This document shows positions 34,373 through 43,700 of a DNA stretch of 45,129 nucleotides, piece by piece. The stretch is from Sandaracinaceae bacterium (GTDB lineage: Bacteria > Myxococcota_A > Polyangia > Polyangiales > Sandaracinaceae). Location of the stretch: contig JBGAQA010000054.1 in NCBI GenBank assembly GCA_044220955.1, positions 1-45,129 of the forward strand, given 5' to 3'. Position numbers and translations under genes: made by a program. The notes below the pieces were generated by a model, which was given only the letters and a program-made list of their open reading frames with translations, made no database searches and was not told the DNA's origin. Position 1 is the first letter of the stretch; each line of letters starts with the position of its first letter.

Positions 34373-36094
34373 TCAGTGCGTGAGGTACGGGTTGGTCTCG
34401 ATGGTCATCGAGCCCGTCGGCGTCGGCGTCGGCGTCGGCGGTGGCGTCGGCGGTGGCGGCGCCGCCCCACCGGTCGCCGACGTCGCCGCCGGAGTCTCGC
34501 GCGGGGCGTGCGCACGGTGGCCATGGCTCGGCGTCGCGGGCTCGGCGCTGGGCGGTGGCGGCAGGCCGACCGTGGAGGGCGCAGGCGCGAGCGTCGGAGC
34601 CGGGGCGGACGCGGCCGGGGCTGGGGCGGTCACGACATCGCCAGCCGCACCCCGCGCATCCGGCGCGGGGGCGCCCGAGGCGAGCGGCGCTGGCGCCGAC
34701 GCGCGGAGGCCGGTCATCCACACTCCGAGCGCCGCGACCAGCAAGAGGATCCCGAGCGCACCGAGGACGATCCCCGAGCGTCCCAGTCCACCTCCGGGCG
34801 CCGCCGGCGGGCGCGGCGCAGGCGTGGTCGCCTCGACGACGACCTTCGGCGACGAGGATGGCGCGGGCGTGGCGATCGTCGGCGCGATCGCGAGCGGCAC
34901 GTCGAGCTCGCCGCTGCGGGCCCGGACGCCCGAGGATGCCTCGACGCTCCGGCCGCTCGCGCGGGTGGCCAGCTCGGCGCGCTTGGGCACCAGCCTCTTG
35001 GGCAAGAGGCGCGGGATGAGCGCGAGCTGGCCCTTCTGCAGCGGCTCCGCCGCGAGCGTGGACGAGTCGAGGTGCCGCCGCACGGCCTCGGCCTTGAGCG
35101 CGATCTCGTCGCCGAAGACGCGCGCGATCGTGTCCTGCACCTCCGCGGTCGACGCGACCGAGGCCGCGCCCACGCGCTCGATCGCCGCGGCGAGCTCGCG
35201 CGCGCTCGCGTAGCGATCGTCGGGCCGCTTCGCGAGGGCCTTCATCGCGACGTCCGCGAGCGCCGCCGGCGCGCGCGGGTTCCGCTCGCGCGGATCCGGC
35301 ACGATGCAGTCCATCACCTGCACCAGGATCGCGACGTCCATCTCGCCGTAGAAGAGGCGCTCGAGCGTCAGCGTCTCCCAGAGCACCACGCCGAGCGCGA
35401 ACACGTCGGTGCGCGCGTCGCAGGGCTCGCCGCGGGCCTGCTCCGGGGCCATGTACTGGGGCTTGCCCTTGAGCGTGCCAGGCCGCGACGCGAGCACGCG
35501 CGAGGCGGCCAGCGCGATGCCGAAGTCCACGATGCGCCCCATGCCGTCGGTCCCGACGAGCACGTTCTGCGGGGACACGTCGCGGTGCACGATCCCGAGC
35601 TTCTCGCCCTTGGGGCTCTTGGCGGTGTGCGCCGCGTGCAGACCGTTCGCCGCGTCGACGATCAGGCGCGTGCAGATCCGGATGCGGTCCGTCTCCCCGA
35701 GCGAGGGCTCGGTCACGATCTGGGCGAGGTTGAACCCGTCCACGTACCCCATCACGAGGTAGTGGCCGACGGTGCTCTCCGCGACGTCGTCGATGCCGAT
35801 CGCGTTCGGGTGGTGGATGTGTGCGGCCGTGCGCGCCTCGTCGAGGAGCATCGTGACGAAGGTGTCGTCCTCCGCGAGGTGCTCGTGCAGCACCTTGATC
35901 GCGGAGAGCCGCTCGAACCCCCCCGCCCCCTCGCGCCGCGCGAGGTAGACCGTGCCCATGCCGCCCTTGGCGATCTGAGCGATCACCTCGTAGCGGTCGA
36001 GCATCCGCCGGGGGTGCGGCTCGGCGGGCGGGAGCTCGTCGATCGCGATCGATGCCTGCTCGGGGTCGCTGCCGGTCTCCGCGGGAAGGCTCAT
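34373..36094 (-). CDS. Membrane-bound Hanks-type Ser/Thr protein kinase
   Basis: AKGGMGTVY, AIK, HRDVSPQN, DFGIA, GKPQYMAPE, DVFALG; TM then Pro-rich tail ending ETNPY; ATGA coupling. Confidence 0.95.
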   Translation of the reverse strand: MSLPAETGSDPEQASIAIDELPPAEPHPRRMLDRYEVIAQIAKGGMGTVYLARREGAGGFERLSAIKVLHEHLAEDDTFVTMLLDEARTAAHIHHPNAIGIDDVAESTVGHYLVMGYVDGFNLAQIVTEPSLGETDRIRICTRLIVDAANGLHAAHTAKSPKGEKLGIVHRDVSPQNVLVGTDGMGRIVDFGIALAASRVLASRPGTLKGKPQYMAPEQARGEPCDARTDVFALGVVLWETLTLERLFYGEMDVAILVQVMDCIVPDPRERNPRAPAALADVAMKALAKRPDDRYASARELAAAIERVGAASVASTAEVQDTIARVFGDEIALKAEAVRRHLDSSTLAAEPLQKGQLALIPRLLPKRLVPKRAELATRASGRSVEASSGVRARSGELDVPLAIAPTIATPAPSSSPKVVVEATTPAPRPPAAPGGGLGRSGIVLGALGILLLVAALGVWMTGLRASAPAPLASGAPAPDARGAAGDVVTAPAPAASAPAPTLAPAPSTVGLPPPPSAEPATPSHGHRAHAPRETPAATSATGGAAPPPPTPPPTPTPTPTGSMTIETNPYLTH

Positions 36095-37041
36095 GGTGCG
36101 TAACGTCCGGCGATCATCGCACCGCCGCCCTCGGGCGTCGCATAGAAAGAAGGTACGAGCGTCAGCGACTCGTCCGGACCGGGGGCGACGTCGTCCCAGT
36201 CGGTGAGGAACACGGTCACCAGCGCGGCGACGGCCACGGCGGCGGTGACGCTCGTGAGGACGTTCGTCCGGAGCTCCCGCCCGATTCCGTCGTCGTACCG
36301 GGCGCGCGTCGGATCCGCGCGGTAGTCGGCCGCGCCGTTGAGCGTGTCGATCCCGGACCCGATCGTCACGCCGAGGCCGACGACCGCGAGGCCCGCGAGC
36401 GTGCCGAAGATCGCCGGGTGCAGGCCGGTCGAGGGCGGCGGCGGGGCGAGCGGCTGCGCAGGCGCCACGGGCTCGGTGCGGGCAGGCTCCTCCGAGGGCG
36501 CAGGCGCGCTCAGCTCGAGGCTGGTCTGCTCGCCGGCGCGCGCCTCGATCTCGCGGCGCTCGCTCCCGAGACCGTGAAAGGAGGCGCTCAGCTCGTGCAG
36601 ACCCGGCTCGACGAAGACCTCGATGGTCTCGGCCGCGTGCTCGAGGAGGGCCCGACCGTCGAGGGTCACGGAGCACGCGGTCGCGCAGCGCACGTTCACG
36701 CGACCGAGCGTCGGCGCGAGCGCCGCCAGGGTCTCGGCGGCGAGCGCGCTCGTCTCCGCGTCGTCGTGGTAGCGCGCCTGCGCCTCGGCCGCGAGCGTCG
36801 CGGCGCGCGCTGGCTGGCTCGCGGCGCGGTGGTTGCGGATCGCCGAGCGCAGCGCCGCGGGGCTCGGCGCAGAGCGGTCGGCGATCTCGAAGAGGTCCGC
36901 AGCCTGCGCGAAGTCGCCGCGCAGCTGCGCGCGCTGTCCCTCCTCGAAGGCCGCCGCGGCCGCGTGCACGTCCGCCGGTTGCGCCCGCGCGGACGCGGCC
37001 GACCCCAGGAACAAGAGTACGACGCAGATACGTAACGTCAT
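36091..37041 (-). CDS. Exported TPR + PEGA-like protein with C-terminal hydrophobic helices
   Basis: SP, AAAAFEEG....GDF..AA..F..A TPR, LGRVNV.C....VTLDG...VEPG.H PEGA-like, two hydrophobic helices, terminal GGGAMIAGRY. Confidence 0.8.
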   Translation of the reverse strand: MTLRICVVLLFLGSAASARAQPADVHAAAAAFEEGQRAQLRGDFAQAADLFEIADRSAPSPAALRSAIRNHRAASQPARAATLAAEAQARYHDDAETSALAAETLAALAPTLGRVNVRCATACSVTLDGRALLEHAAETIEVFVEPGLHELSASFHGLGSERREIEARAGEQTSLELSAPAPSEEPARTEPVAPAQPLAPPPPSTGLHPAIFGTLAGLAVVGLGVTIGSGIDTLNGAADYRADPTRARYDDGIGRELRTNVLTSVTAAVAVAALVTVFLTDWDDVAPGPDESLTLVPSFYATPEGGGAMIAGRYAP

Positions 37042-37093
37042 CACGCGGGACAGAGTGCCCCCGAGGGGCGCAGGGCCGCGCGCCGGGGCGCGG

Positions 37094-37825
37094 TCAACGA
37101 GGAGAGCCCAGAGAGGATGCCCCGGAAGTGGTCGCGGGGGGAGCGGGAACGACGCGCTCTCCGCCGGACGTCGGCTCGTCGGGGAATTCCGTGCTCGCGG
37201 GCGTGCTCGAGAGCACCGCATCCACGCGCGCCGCCGGCGGGACGGGCGTCGGGGGGAACGGCTCGGCGACGCCGCACTCCATCGCCACGAGGCTGCCGTC
37301 CGGCCCCGTGAGCAGGCGCTGGCAGCTGGCCTGGCAGGCGCCGTTCGCGATGAGCTCGTACTGCACCAGGTACGCCGCTCCCGCGAGCGGCGTCTGGGGC
37401 AGCACGGTGCGGCACCCGCCGTCCGGCACGTGCACCGTCACCGGCACCGTGCGCGTGGTCGGCACCGAGCGAGAGCAGTACTGCGGGCCGTAGCGGCTGG
37501 ACCCGCACAGGTAGCTCTGCGACTGCCAGTAGGTCTGCGTCTGCCACGTCGTGACCGAGTGATAGAACTCGGTCTCGAAGCTCCACACCGTCGGCTCCGG
37601 CCGCACGCGCATCGTCGTCTGCTGCACGCCGGGCGAGAGCGGCGCGACGCGCACGGCCCACTCGGCGATGCGCACGCGCTCGTCGTACTCCGGGCCGAGC
37701 TCCTGGTGGTGCACCACGCGCACCTGAACGTCCGCGTGCGGCTCGTCGATCGAGGGCTGCGGGTAGGCGCGCACGCACCCCGATCCGGCGAGCGCGACGA
37801 AGAGGCAGGCGATCGAGCGCGTCAC
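37094..37825 (-). CDS. Hypothetical lipoprotein
   Basis: LAGSGC lipobox; beta-rich, paired Cys; TG-TAGTTT 6 nt before GTG. Confidence 0.72.
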   Translation of the reverse strand: MTRSIACLFVALAGSGCVRAYPQPSIDEPHADVQVRVVHHQELGPEYDERVRIAEWAVRVAPLSPGVQQTTMRVRPEPTVWSFETEFYHSVTTWQTQTYWQSQSYLCGSSRYGPQYCSRSVPTTRTVPVTVHVPDGGCRTVLPQTPLAGAAYLVQYELIANGACQASCQRLLTGPDGSLVAMECGVAEPFPPTPVPPAARVDAVLSSTPASTEFPDEPTSGGERVVPAPPATTSGASSLGSPR

Positions 37826-37884
37826 GAGGTGAAACTAGCACGCGAGATCGACCGGAGCGTTCGGCGGACTCGTCGGATCGATCG

Positions 37885-39207
37885 TCACGGCGGCGGGGGC
37901 GGGACGTGGATCTCGAACGTGTCGCGCTCCATCCCCATCTCGTCGACCACGCGCGCCTGGATCACGTCGCCGCCCGGGACGGCCGTGTCGGGGACGATCT
38001 CGAGGAGCAGCGCCTCGAAGTACGCGCCGGCGGCCACGCGGCGCGCCGCGTCCTCGGGGAACGTGGTGACGAGATCGTCGAGCGTGCTCTCGGGGTCGAC
38101 GAAGCCGCCCGAGCCGGTCGTGACGTGCGTGACGTCGTCGATCTGGAAGCGCTCGTAGTTGTGCATGTGCCCCGCGAGCACGAGCGGGACCCGGTGCGTG
38201 GTGATCACCGCCTCGATCGCCGCGCGGTTCGCGAGGTTCGGGCTGTAGGACGCGACGCCGTAGATGGGCCGGTGGAAGTAGACGATCGTGAAGCGATAGC
38301 CGGGCTCGGCCTCGATGCGGTCCATCGTGCGCGAGAACCACATCCACTGCTGGCCCGCCATCGAGACGTCGCGCTCGGTCGAGAGCGAGATGAAGTGCAC
38401 TCCCCCCGTCTCGTAGTGGAACCACCACGTCTCGTCGGTGACGTCGCCCGGGTGGTCGAAGAGGCGTGCGTAGATGTCGTCGAGCTCGTGATCGATCTCC
38501 GACTCGTGGTTGCCCTCGCAGGGCATGAACGCGTTGGCGCGCAGGAGCGGCTGCATCAGCTCGAACCAGAGCTGCTGGCTCTCGACGACGGTCGAGTAGT
38601 ACTGCAGGTCGCCGACGTGGATCGTGAAGTCCTGCAGCGCCGGATCCGTGTGAGAGAGGATGCGCAGCGTGTTCTGCAGGGCGGGGCTGGTGTCGCCGAT
38701 CGCGTAGATGCGGATCGGAGTGGTGTGATCCGTCGGCTCGTGCATCGTGCAGAAGCGCCCCGCGTCGAGCGGATAGCCCGCGACCGAGTACGTGTAGCAA
38801 GTCGCGGGCGTGAGCCCCGTGATGCGCACCTCGCTGACGTAGTAGTCGCCCGGCAGGTCGGGGTGCATGCGCGCGCCGCGATAGTCGAGGAGCACGTGCG
38901 TCAGGCGCGCCGCGCCCGTCGCCGTCTGCATCGTGCCTCCGGCCTCCGGCTGGTAGTCGACCTCGACGTGCGCAGGCTCGAGCACCGACTCCCAGCGCAC
39001 GACGACCGAGGTCGTCGTCGGCTGCATCACGAAGGGACCCTTGTAGGGCGCGTCGGTCTGCGGCGGCGTCACCGCCGCGTCGGCGCGCGGTCCGGCGTCG
39101 GTGGGCGACGCGCCGGCGTCCTCCGTCGTGCCCGTGTCGCTCGCGGGCGGCGCAGGCGGGTTCGAGCAGGCGGCGAGCAAGGCGAGGCAAGCGAGACGAG
39201 CGCGCAT
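37885..39207 (-). CDS. Purple-acid-phosphatase-like metallophosphoesterase lipoprotein with FN3-like N-domain
   Basis: LLAAC lipobox; ITGLTP.T.Y.Y; GDT, GDLQY, GNHE, FHRP, GHMH.YER; TG-TACGAT 6 nt before ATG. Confidence 0.9.
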   Translation of the reverse strand: MRARLACLALLAACSNPPAPPASDTGTTEDAGASPTDAGPRADAAVTPPQTDAPYKGPFVMQPTTTSVVVRWESVLEPAHVEVDYQPEAGGTMQTATGAARLTHVLLDYRGARMHPDLPGDYYVSEVRITGLTPATCYTYSVAGYPLDAGRFCTMHEPTDHTTPIRIYAIGDTSPALQNTLRILSHTDPALQDFTIHVGDLQYYSTVVESQQLWFELMQPLLRANAFMPCEGNHESEIDHELDDIYARLFDHPGDVTDETWWFHYETGGVHFISLSTERDVSMAGQQWMWFSRTMDRIEAEPGYRFTIVYFHRPIYGVASYSPNLANRAAIEAVITTHRVPLVLAGHMHNYERFQIDDVTHVTTGSGGFVDPESTLDDLVTTFPEDAARRVAAGAYFEALLLEIVPDTAVPGGDVIQARVVDEMGMERDTFEIHVPPPPP

Positions 39208-39252
39208 GGCGCGATCGTACCAGAGCCCCGGGCGCCGAGCGCCTGGCTCGCA

Positions 39253-39330
39253 CCCCTCACCCACCCTCCCCCCGCGATCCCATCTCTCGCGCTCCGGGCT
39301 CCCTCTCCCGCGACGCGGGGAGAGGGAGCC
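39253..39330. repeat. REP-like palindromic element with perfect 13-bp stem
   Basis: ggctccctctccc (39297-39309) / gggagagggagcc (39318-39330), preceded by cccctcacccaccctccccc; lies just downstream of the Rhs-immunity operon. Confidence 0.7.
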
Positions 39331-39345
39331 GAGCCGAGAACGTCG

Positions 39346-39897
39346 TCAGTACCAGAAGACGCCCACGAGCGACTCGCCTCGCGCGCTGGCGACCTCGAGC
39401 CAGTCGAGCATCTCGGCGAGCAGGCTGTCGGCGTCGTCGTCGCTCGGGTGCCCCGGGCGCGCGCTCGCCCACTCGGCGTACGCACGTCGAACGCGCCCCG
39501 CGTCGATCGTGCCGAAGCGCATCTCGCCCGAGATGGGCATGCCGGGGATGGGCACGACGTCGGTCGCGACCAGATCGCGAACGCTGGCCTCGAGCCGCAG
39601 CGGCGCGACCACCGCCTCCGCGGCGCGCAACGATTCGGGCCCGAGCACGTCGGCGGTGTTCGCGTCGATCTGGCGGCCGATCGCGCGACACAGACGCAGC
39701 ACCACGCGCGCGGACGCGAGCGGCGCGCCGCCGGCGACGCGACCCCCACGGTCGAGGATGGCGCTCGTCGCCGCTCGCACCTCGGGTGGGTCGTCCGGGC
39801 GCGCCACGGCGGCGATCAGGCCCCGGTCCCCCGACCCTACGGCGCGCGCGAGCGCGGCGAGGTCGATCGTGAACACCTCGAAGCTCGGACCGCTCAC
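39346..39897 (-). CDS. Putative second immunity-type protein (DUF7691/YfbM-like by recollection)
   Basis: IDLAALARAVGSGD N-terminus and W...A...GESLVGVFWY C-terminus; GTG overlaps Imm49 stop. Confidence 0.6.
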   Translation of the reverse strand: MSGPSFEVFTIDLAALARAVGSGDRGLIAAVARPDDPPEVRAATSAILDRGGRVAGGAPLASARVVLRLCRAIGRQIDANTADVLGPESLRAAEAVVAPLRLEASVRDLVATDVVPIPGMPISGEMRFGTIDAGRVRRAYAEWASARPGHPSDDDADSLLAEMLDWLEVASARGESLVGVFWY

Positions 39898-40730
39898 GGC
39901 GCACCTCCCTCGACCAGCCAGGCCGGCGTGTACGAGCACTCGATCTCCCAGGCGAGCCCGCGGTCGACGGCGAGCGCGGCGAGCGCGGTCACCTCGAGCG
40001 CGAAGGTGCCCGCGAGCTCGCTGCGCTGGCGTCCGCGCCCGGCGAGCGCTCGATGCGCGTCCAGCGCCTCCCACGCCGCAGCGCTGAACCCCCGCTGGTC
40101 CATCGCGCCGATGGCGCGCATCATCGCGACCTGGGCGCGCGCGTAGCGAGCGCGCCGTGGCCCGCCGATCGTCGCGACCGCGGGAGCGGCGAGCGCCTCC
40201 GCCTCGTCGAGGTGCGAGCCGGCCACGCTGGGCTCGCCCGCGAGGAGCGTCCGCATCGCCAGCGCGAGCTCGCCCTTGTACGCGTCCCCGACGGCGTTCG
40301 AGGCAGACCCGAGCAGCTCGTGCGGGAACGCGAGGGCCGACCGGATCGCGTCCGCGCGCCGCAGCACGAGCGCGCGATGCACCGACGCCATCCAGTACGA
40401 GAGCGTGCAGCTGTAGTGCGGCGGGCCGCCCTCGGCGCTCAGCGCCTGCCCATCGAACGTGAACGTCACCGCTCCGCGACGGCCGGTCGCCGCCCACACC
40501 GCGTTCGCGGCATCGACGAGCGCCGAGAGCATGCGGCGCGCGAGCACGCGATCGCCTTGGAGCAACACGGCCGGCAGATCCATCTCCAGCGACCCCGCGT
40601 GCGACGCGCCCGCGGCCGGGCTCTCGACGAGCTTGCGCGGGATCACGCGCTCGAGGCGCTCGAGGATGGGCGCGGCGGGACGTGGGGGTCGGACCGGAGG
40701 CGTGTGAGCCGGGAAAGGGGTCTGGGTCAT
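39894..40730 (-). CDS. Imm49-like immunity protein
   Basis: All-helical; C-terminal ALAALAVDRGL...ECSYTP.WL matches the Imm49 motif; directly downstream of toxin tip. Confidence 0.78.
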   Translation of the reverse strand: MTQTPFPAHTPPVRPPRPAAPILERLERVIPRKLVESPAAGASHAGSLEMDLPAVLLQGDRVLARRMLSALVDAANAVWAATGRRGAVTFTFDGQALSAEGGPPHYSCTLSYWMASVHRALVLRRADAIRSALAFPHELLGSASNAVGDAYKGELALAMRTLLAGEPSVAGSHLDEAEALAAPAVATIGGPRRARYARAQVAMMRAIGAMDQRGFSAAAWEALDAHRALAGRGRQRSELAGTFALEVTALAALAVDRGLAWEIECSYTPAWLVEGGAP

Positions 40731-40767
40731 GCTCGTCTTGTCGGCAGGTCGACGCGTCCGTTGCGCG

Positions 40768-43700
40768 TCAGCGCTCGCGCCCGCCCGCCCGGCTCACCGT
40801 ACCGTCCGTCCGCACGGATTGCCGGTAGGAGTACGTGTGGATCGGACCGAGCGACCCGTCGGAGCGGATGGACTGGTGGACGCCGAGGTACGCCACGTCG
40901 CTCCCGCCGTCGAGGATCGCCTGACCGGCGTCGCGCAGCGCGCGGTCGCCGCGCCGCTCGCCGTCGGCCACCATCTGCCGCGCGACGTCGTCGCGGTACT
41001 CGGGCGTCCCCTGCTGCGCGCGCTCGCCGTTCGCGAGCAGGCGCGAGGACGACTCGCCCGCGCCGCCGCCCTTGCTCTCGACGACGATGTAGCTCGGAGG
41101 CGGGGAATGATTGCGCCAGACGCCGTCGAACGTCCCGGGGCCCTCTCCCTGGTGCATCGGCTCCGCGTCCGGGTAGCGACGTCGCATCTCCGCCTCGCTC
41201 GCGAGGACGCCGAGTTGCTCGCTCTCACGACGCGCGCGCGCGCGCGCTTGCTCGGCCTCGTGCGTCCGGCCCCCTCGCTCCGCACGCTCCGCCGCCGCGA
41301 GCTCCCGCGACCGCGCCGCGAGGTGCTCTCGCGCCGCGCGGCTGCCGGCGATGCTCGCCTGACGCTCGTCGCTGATCTCGACGCGCGTCCGGTGGAGCGT
41401 CGGCCGCCGCGGTCCTCGGGCGCGCGGATCGTTCACGAACGCGCCGGTGACGGCGTCGTAGAGGCGGCCGAGCACGTTCCGCAGCGTCCCCGGCGGGTCC
41501 GGACGCAGCGGACGCCCCTCGGCCGACTCGTCGACCCCGTGCGTGCGCCGCCCCGGGCACGCGAGCCCCTCTAGGTCGACGTCGAGCAGCGGGTTCGGGG
41601 CGTAGGCGTAGAGGCCGTGCGGGCTGCCCGCGTGGCCGATCGGATCGGGCTGCAGGTAGCGCGCGAGACGAGGGTCGTACGCGCGGAAGCGGTTGTGGTG
41701 CAGGCCCAGCGCGGGATCGAAGACGTGACCGGGCCAGCGGAGCGCGTAGTCGACCTCGGCGCCCTCGTGGAGCGTGATCGTGCCGTAGGGGTCGACGCGA
41801 TCGGCCCACCAGACCGTGCGGCCGGAGGCGTCCTCGATCTGCGTGGGCATCCCCGACGCGTCGTGAAAGACGAAGAACGAGCGCCCGCTCTCGGGCTCGG
41901 CGTCGGCGCTCGCGTAGTCGACGAACGCGAAGGGCACGAGCGCGCGCGCGTCGAGGTAGACGTGCACGCGCAGCGCACCGTCGTGGCGCTCCTCGGCGGC
42001 GATCCGGGCGCCGTCCCAGTGCAGGGTGGTCTCGCGCCCCGCGACGCCGAAGCGGCGCAGCCGCCCGAGCCCGTCGTAGCCGCCGCGCCAGACCGACCCG
42101 TCGGGGAGCTCGGCGCGGACGAGCTGATCGAGGCTGTCGTGGTGGTAGCGGGTCCTCCGGCCGAGCGCGTCGGTCCGAAGGCACACGCGGCCGCGCGCGT
42201 CGTGCTCGAAGCGCTCGTCCGCGGTCGAGCGGAGCAGCCCTTCGGTCGTGAGCTCGGCGCCTCGCGCGACGACGTCGTCCCCGGCGTCGTGGGTGAAGGC
42301 GTGACGCGCGCCGCGCTCGTCGGCCTCGGCCTCGAGCCGGTGAGCGGCGTCGACCTCGAAGCGACGCTCCCCGCGCGCCGTGTCCCAGACGCCGAGGAGG
42401 TCGCCCTCCCCGCTCCGCTCGTAGCGCACGGCCCAGCTCGCCAGCGCGCCGTCGCTCGCGCGGCGATGCGCGAGCCGCCCCTCGAGGTTTCCCGCGGGGT
42501 CGAAGGCCAGGATCTCGCGGGTGCCGTTGCCCAGGTGGCGCACGACGCGCCCCCGCGCGGAGAGGTCGAACGAGCTGAGTCGGCCCGTCGGATCGCGGAC
42601 GAAGATCAGCTCGCCCGTGCGCTCGATGCGCGTCTCGAAGCGATCGAGCAGGGTGATCGTCTCGATCCCGCCGACGCTGCGCCGACGCAGGCCCCTCTCG
42701 CCGCAGCGGTCCTCGAGGACGCCGCCCTGCGCGTCGCGCACGAGGTGCGCGTCGTGATCGCCCTGCCGGGCGCGCGCGACCCGGCCGCATGCGTCGTGCT
42801 CGAGCTCGACCGCGTCGCCCTCCGCGAGCTCGATCCGCGCCGGCAGAGCGTCGTCGCCGTGCGTCACCCGCAGGACGAGCGCGCCGAGGGCGTCGCGCTT
42901 CTCGAGAAGCCGATCGCCCGCGTCGTACGCGTAGGTCTCGACGAGGCGGCCGCCTCGCGTGATCGAGGTGAGGCGGTCGGCGCCGTCGCGCCCGTACTCG
43001 GTCAGCACGCCGCGCGCATCGCGGTACGAGCGCACCTCCTCGGTCGGCGTGTACGTGACGTCGATGCGACGACCGAGCGGATCCACGCAGCTGCCGGCGA
43101 GGTTCCAGCCGGTCACGAGCACGCGCGTCTCGCGGCCGTCGCGGTCGACGACGGACACGACGTTGCCGGCGCCGTCGCGCCGCAGCGAGACGGCCCGTCC
43201 GCGCGGATCGACGGCCCGGACCACGCGCCCGAGCCCATCGCGCTCGGCCGACCATGCGTCGCGCCCATCCGGCGGCGGGAGCGCCCAGGACGCGAGCGCC
43301 TCGAGCTCGGCCGGGACCGCCGGGGCGGGCCCCGCTGCGGTGGAGTCGACGCCGAGCTGCGCGGCCAGCGCGGCGGGCGGCTCGGGCAGCACGAGCGGGC
43401 CCGGGGTGTCGCGGGTCACCTCGTGCTCGGGCACGAGCGCGTTCCCGAAGCGGTCGCGTCGACCGACGTGCGCGCCGATCTCGTCGTAGAGCCACTCCAC
43501 GACGCGACCGGCCGCGTCGCGCTCGCGGACGACGCGGCCCGTCTCGTCCTGCTCGAGCAGGCGGAACGCGCCGTCCGAGCGCGTGATACGCAGCACCGTC
43601 CCGTACGCGTCGAAGTGCAGCGTCTCGACCAGGCCGCTCGCGTGCGTGACCGCCGTCGCGTTCCTGGCGTACGCGAGGTCGCACGACCACTGACCGTCCT

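Noticed and set aside
41563..41580. DLEGL instead of DPxGL as an inactivated Rhs autoprotease site
   Set aside because: Both Asp residues (QPDP and VDLEG) are retained and DxxGL variants are common.
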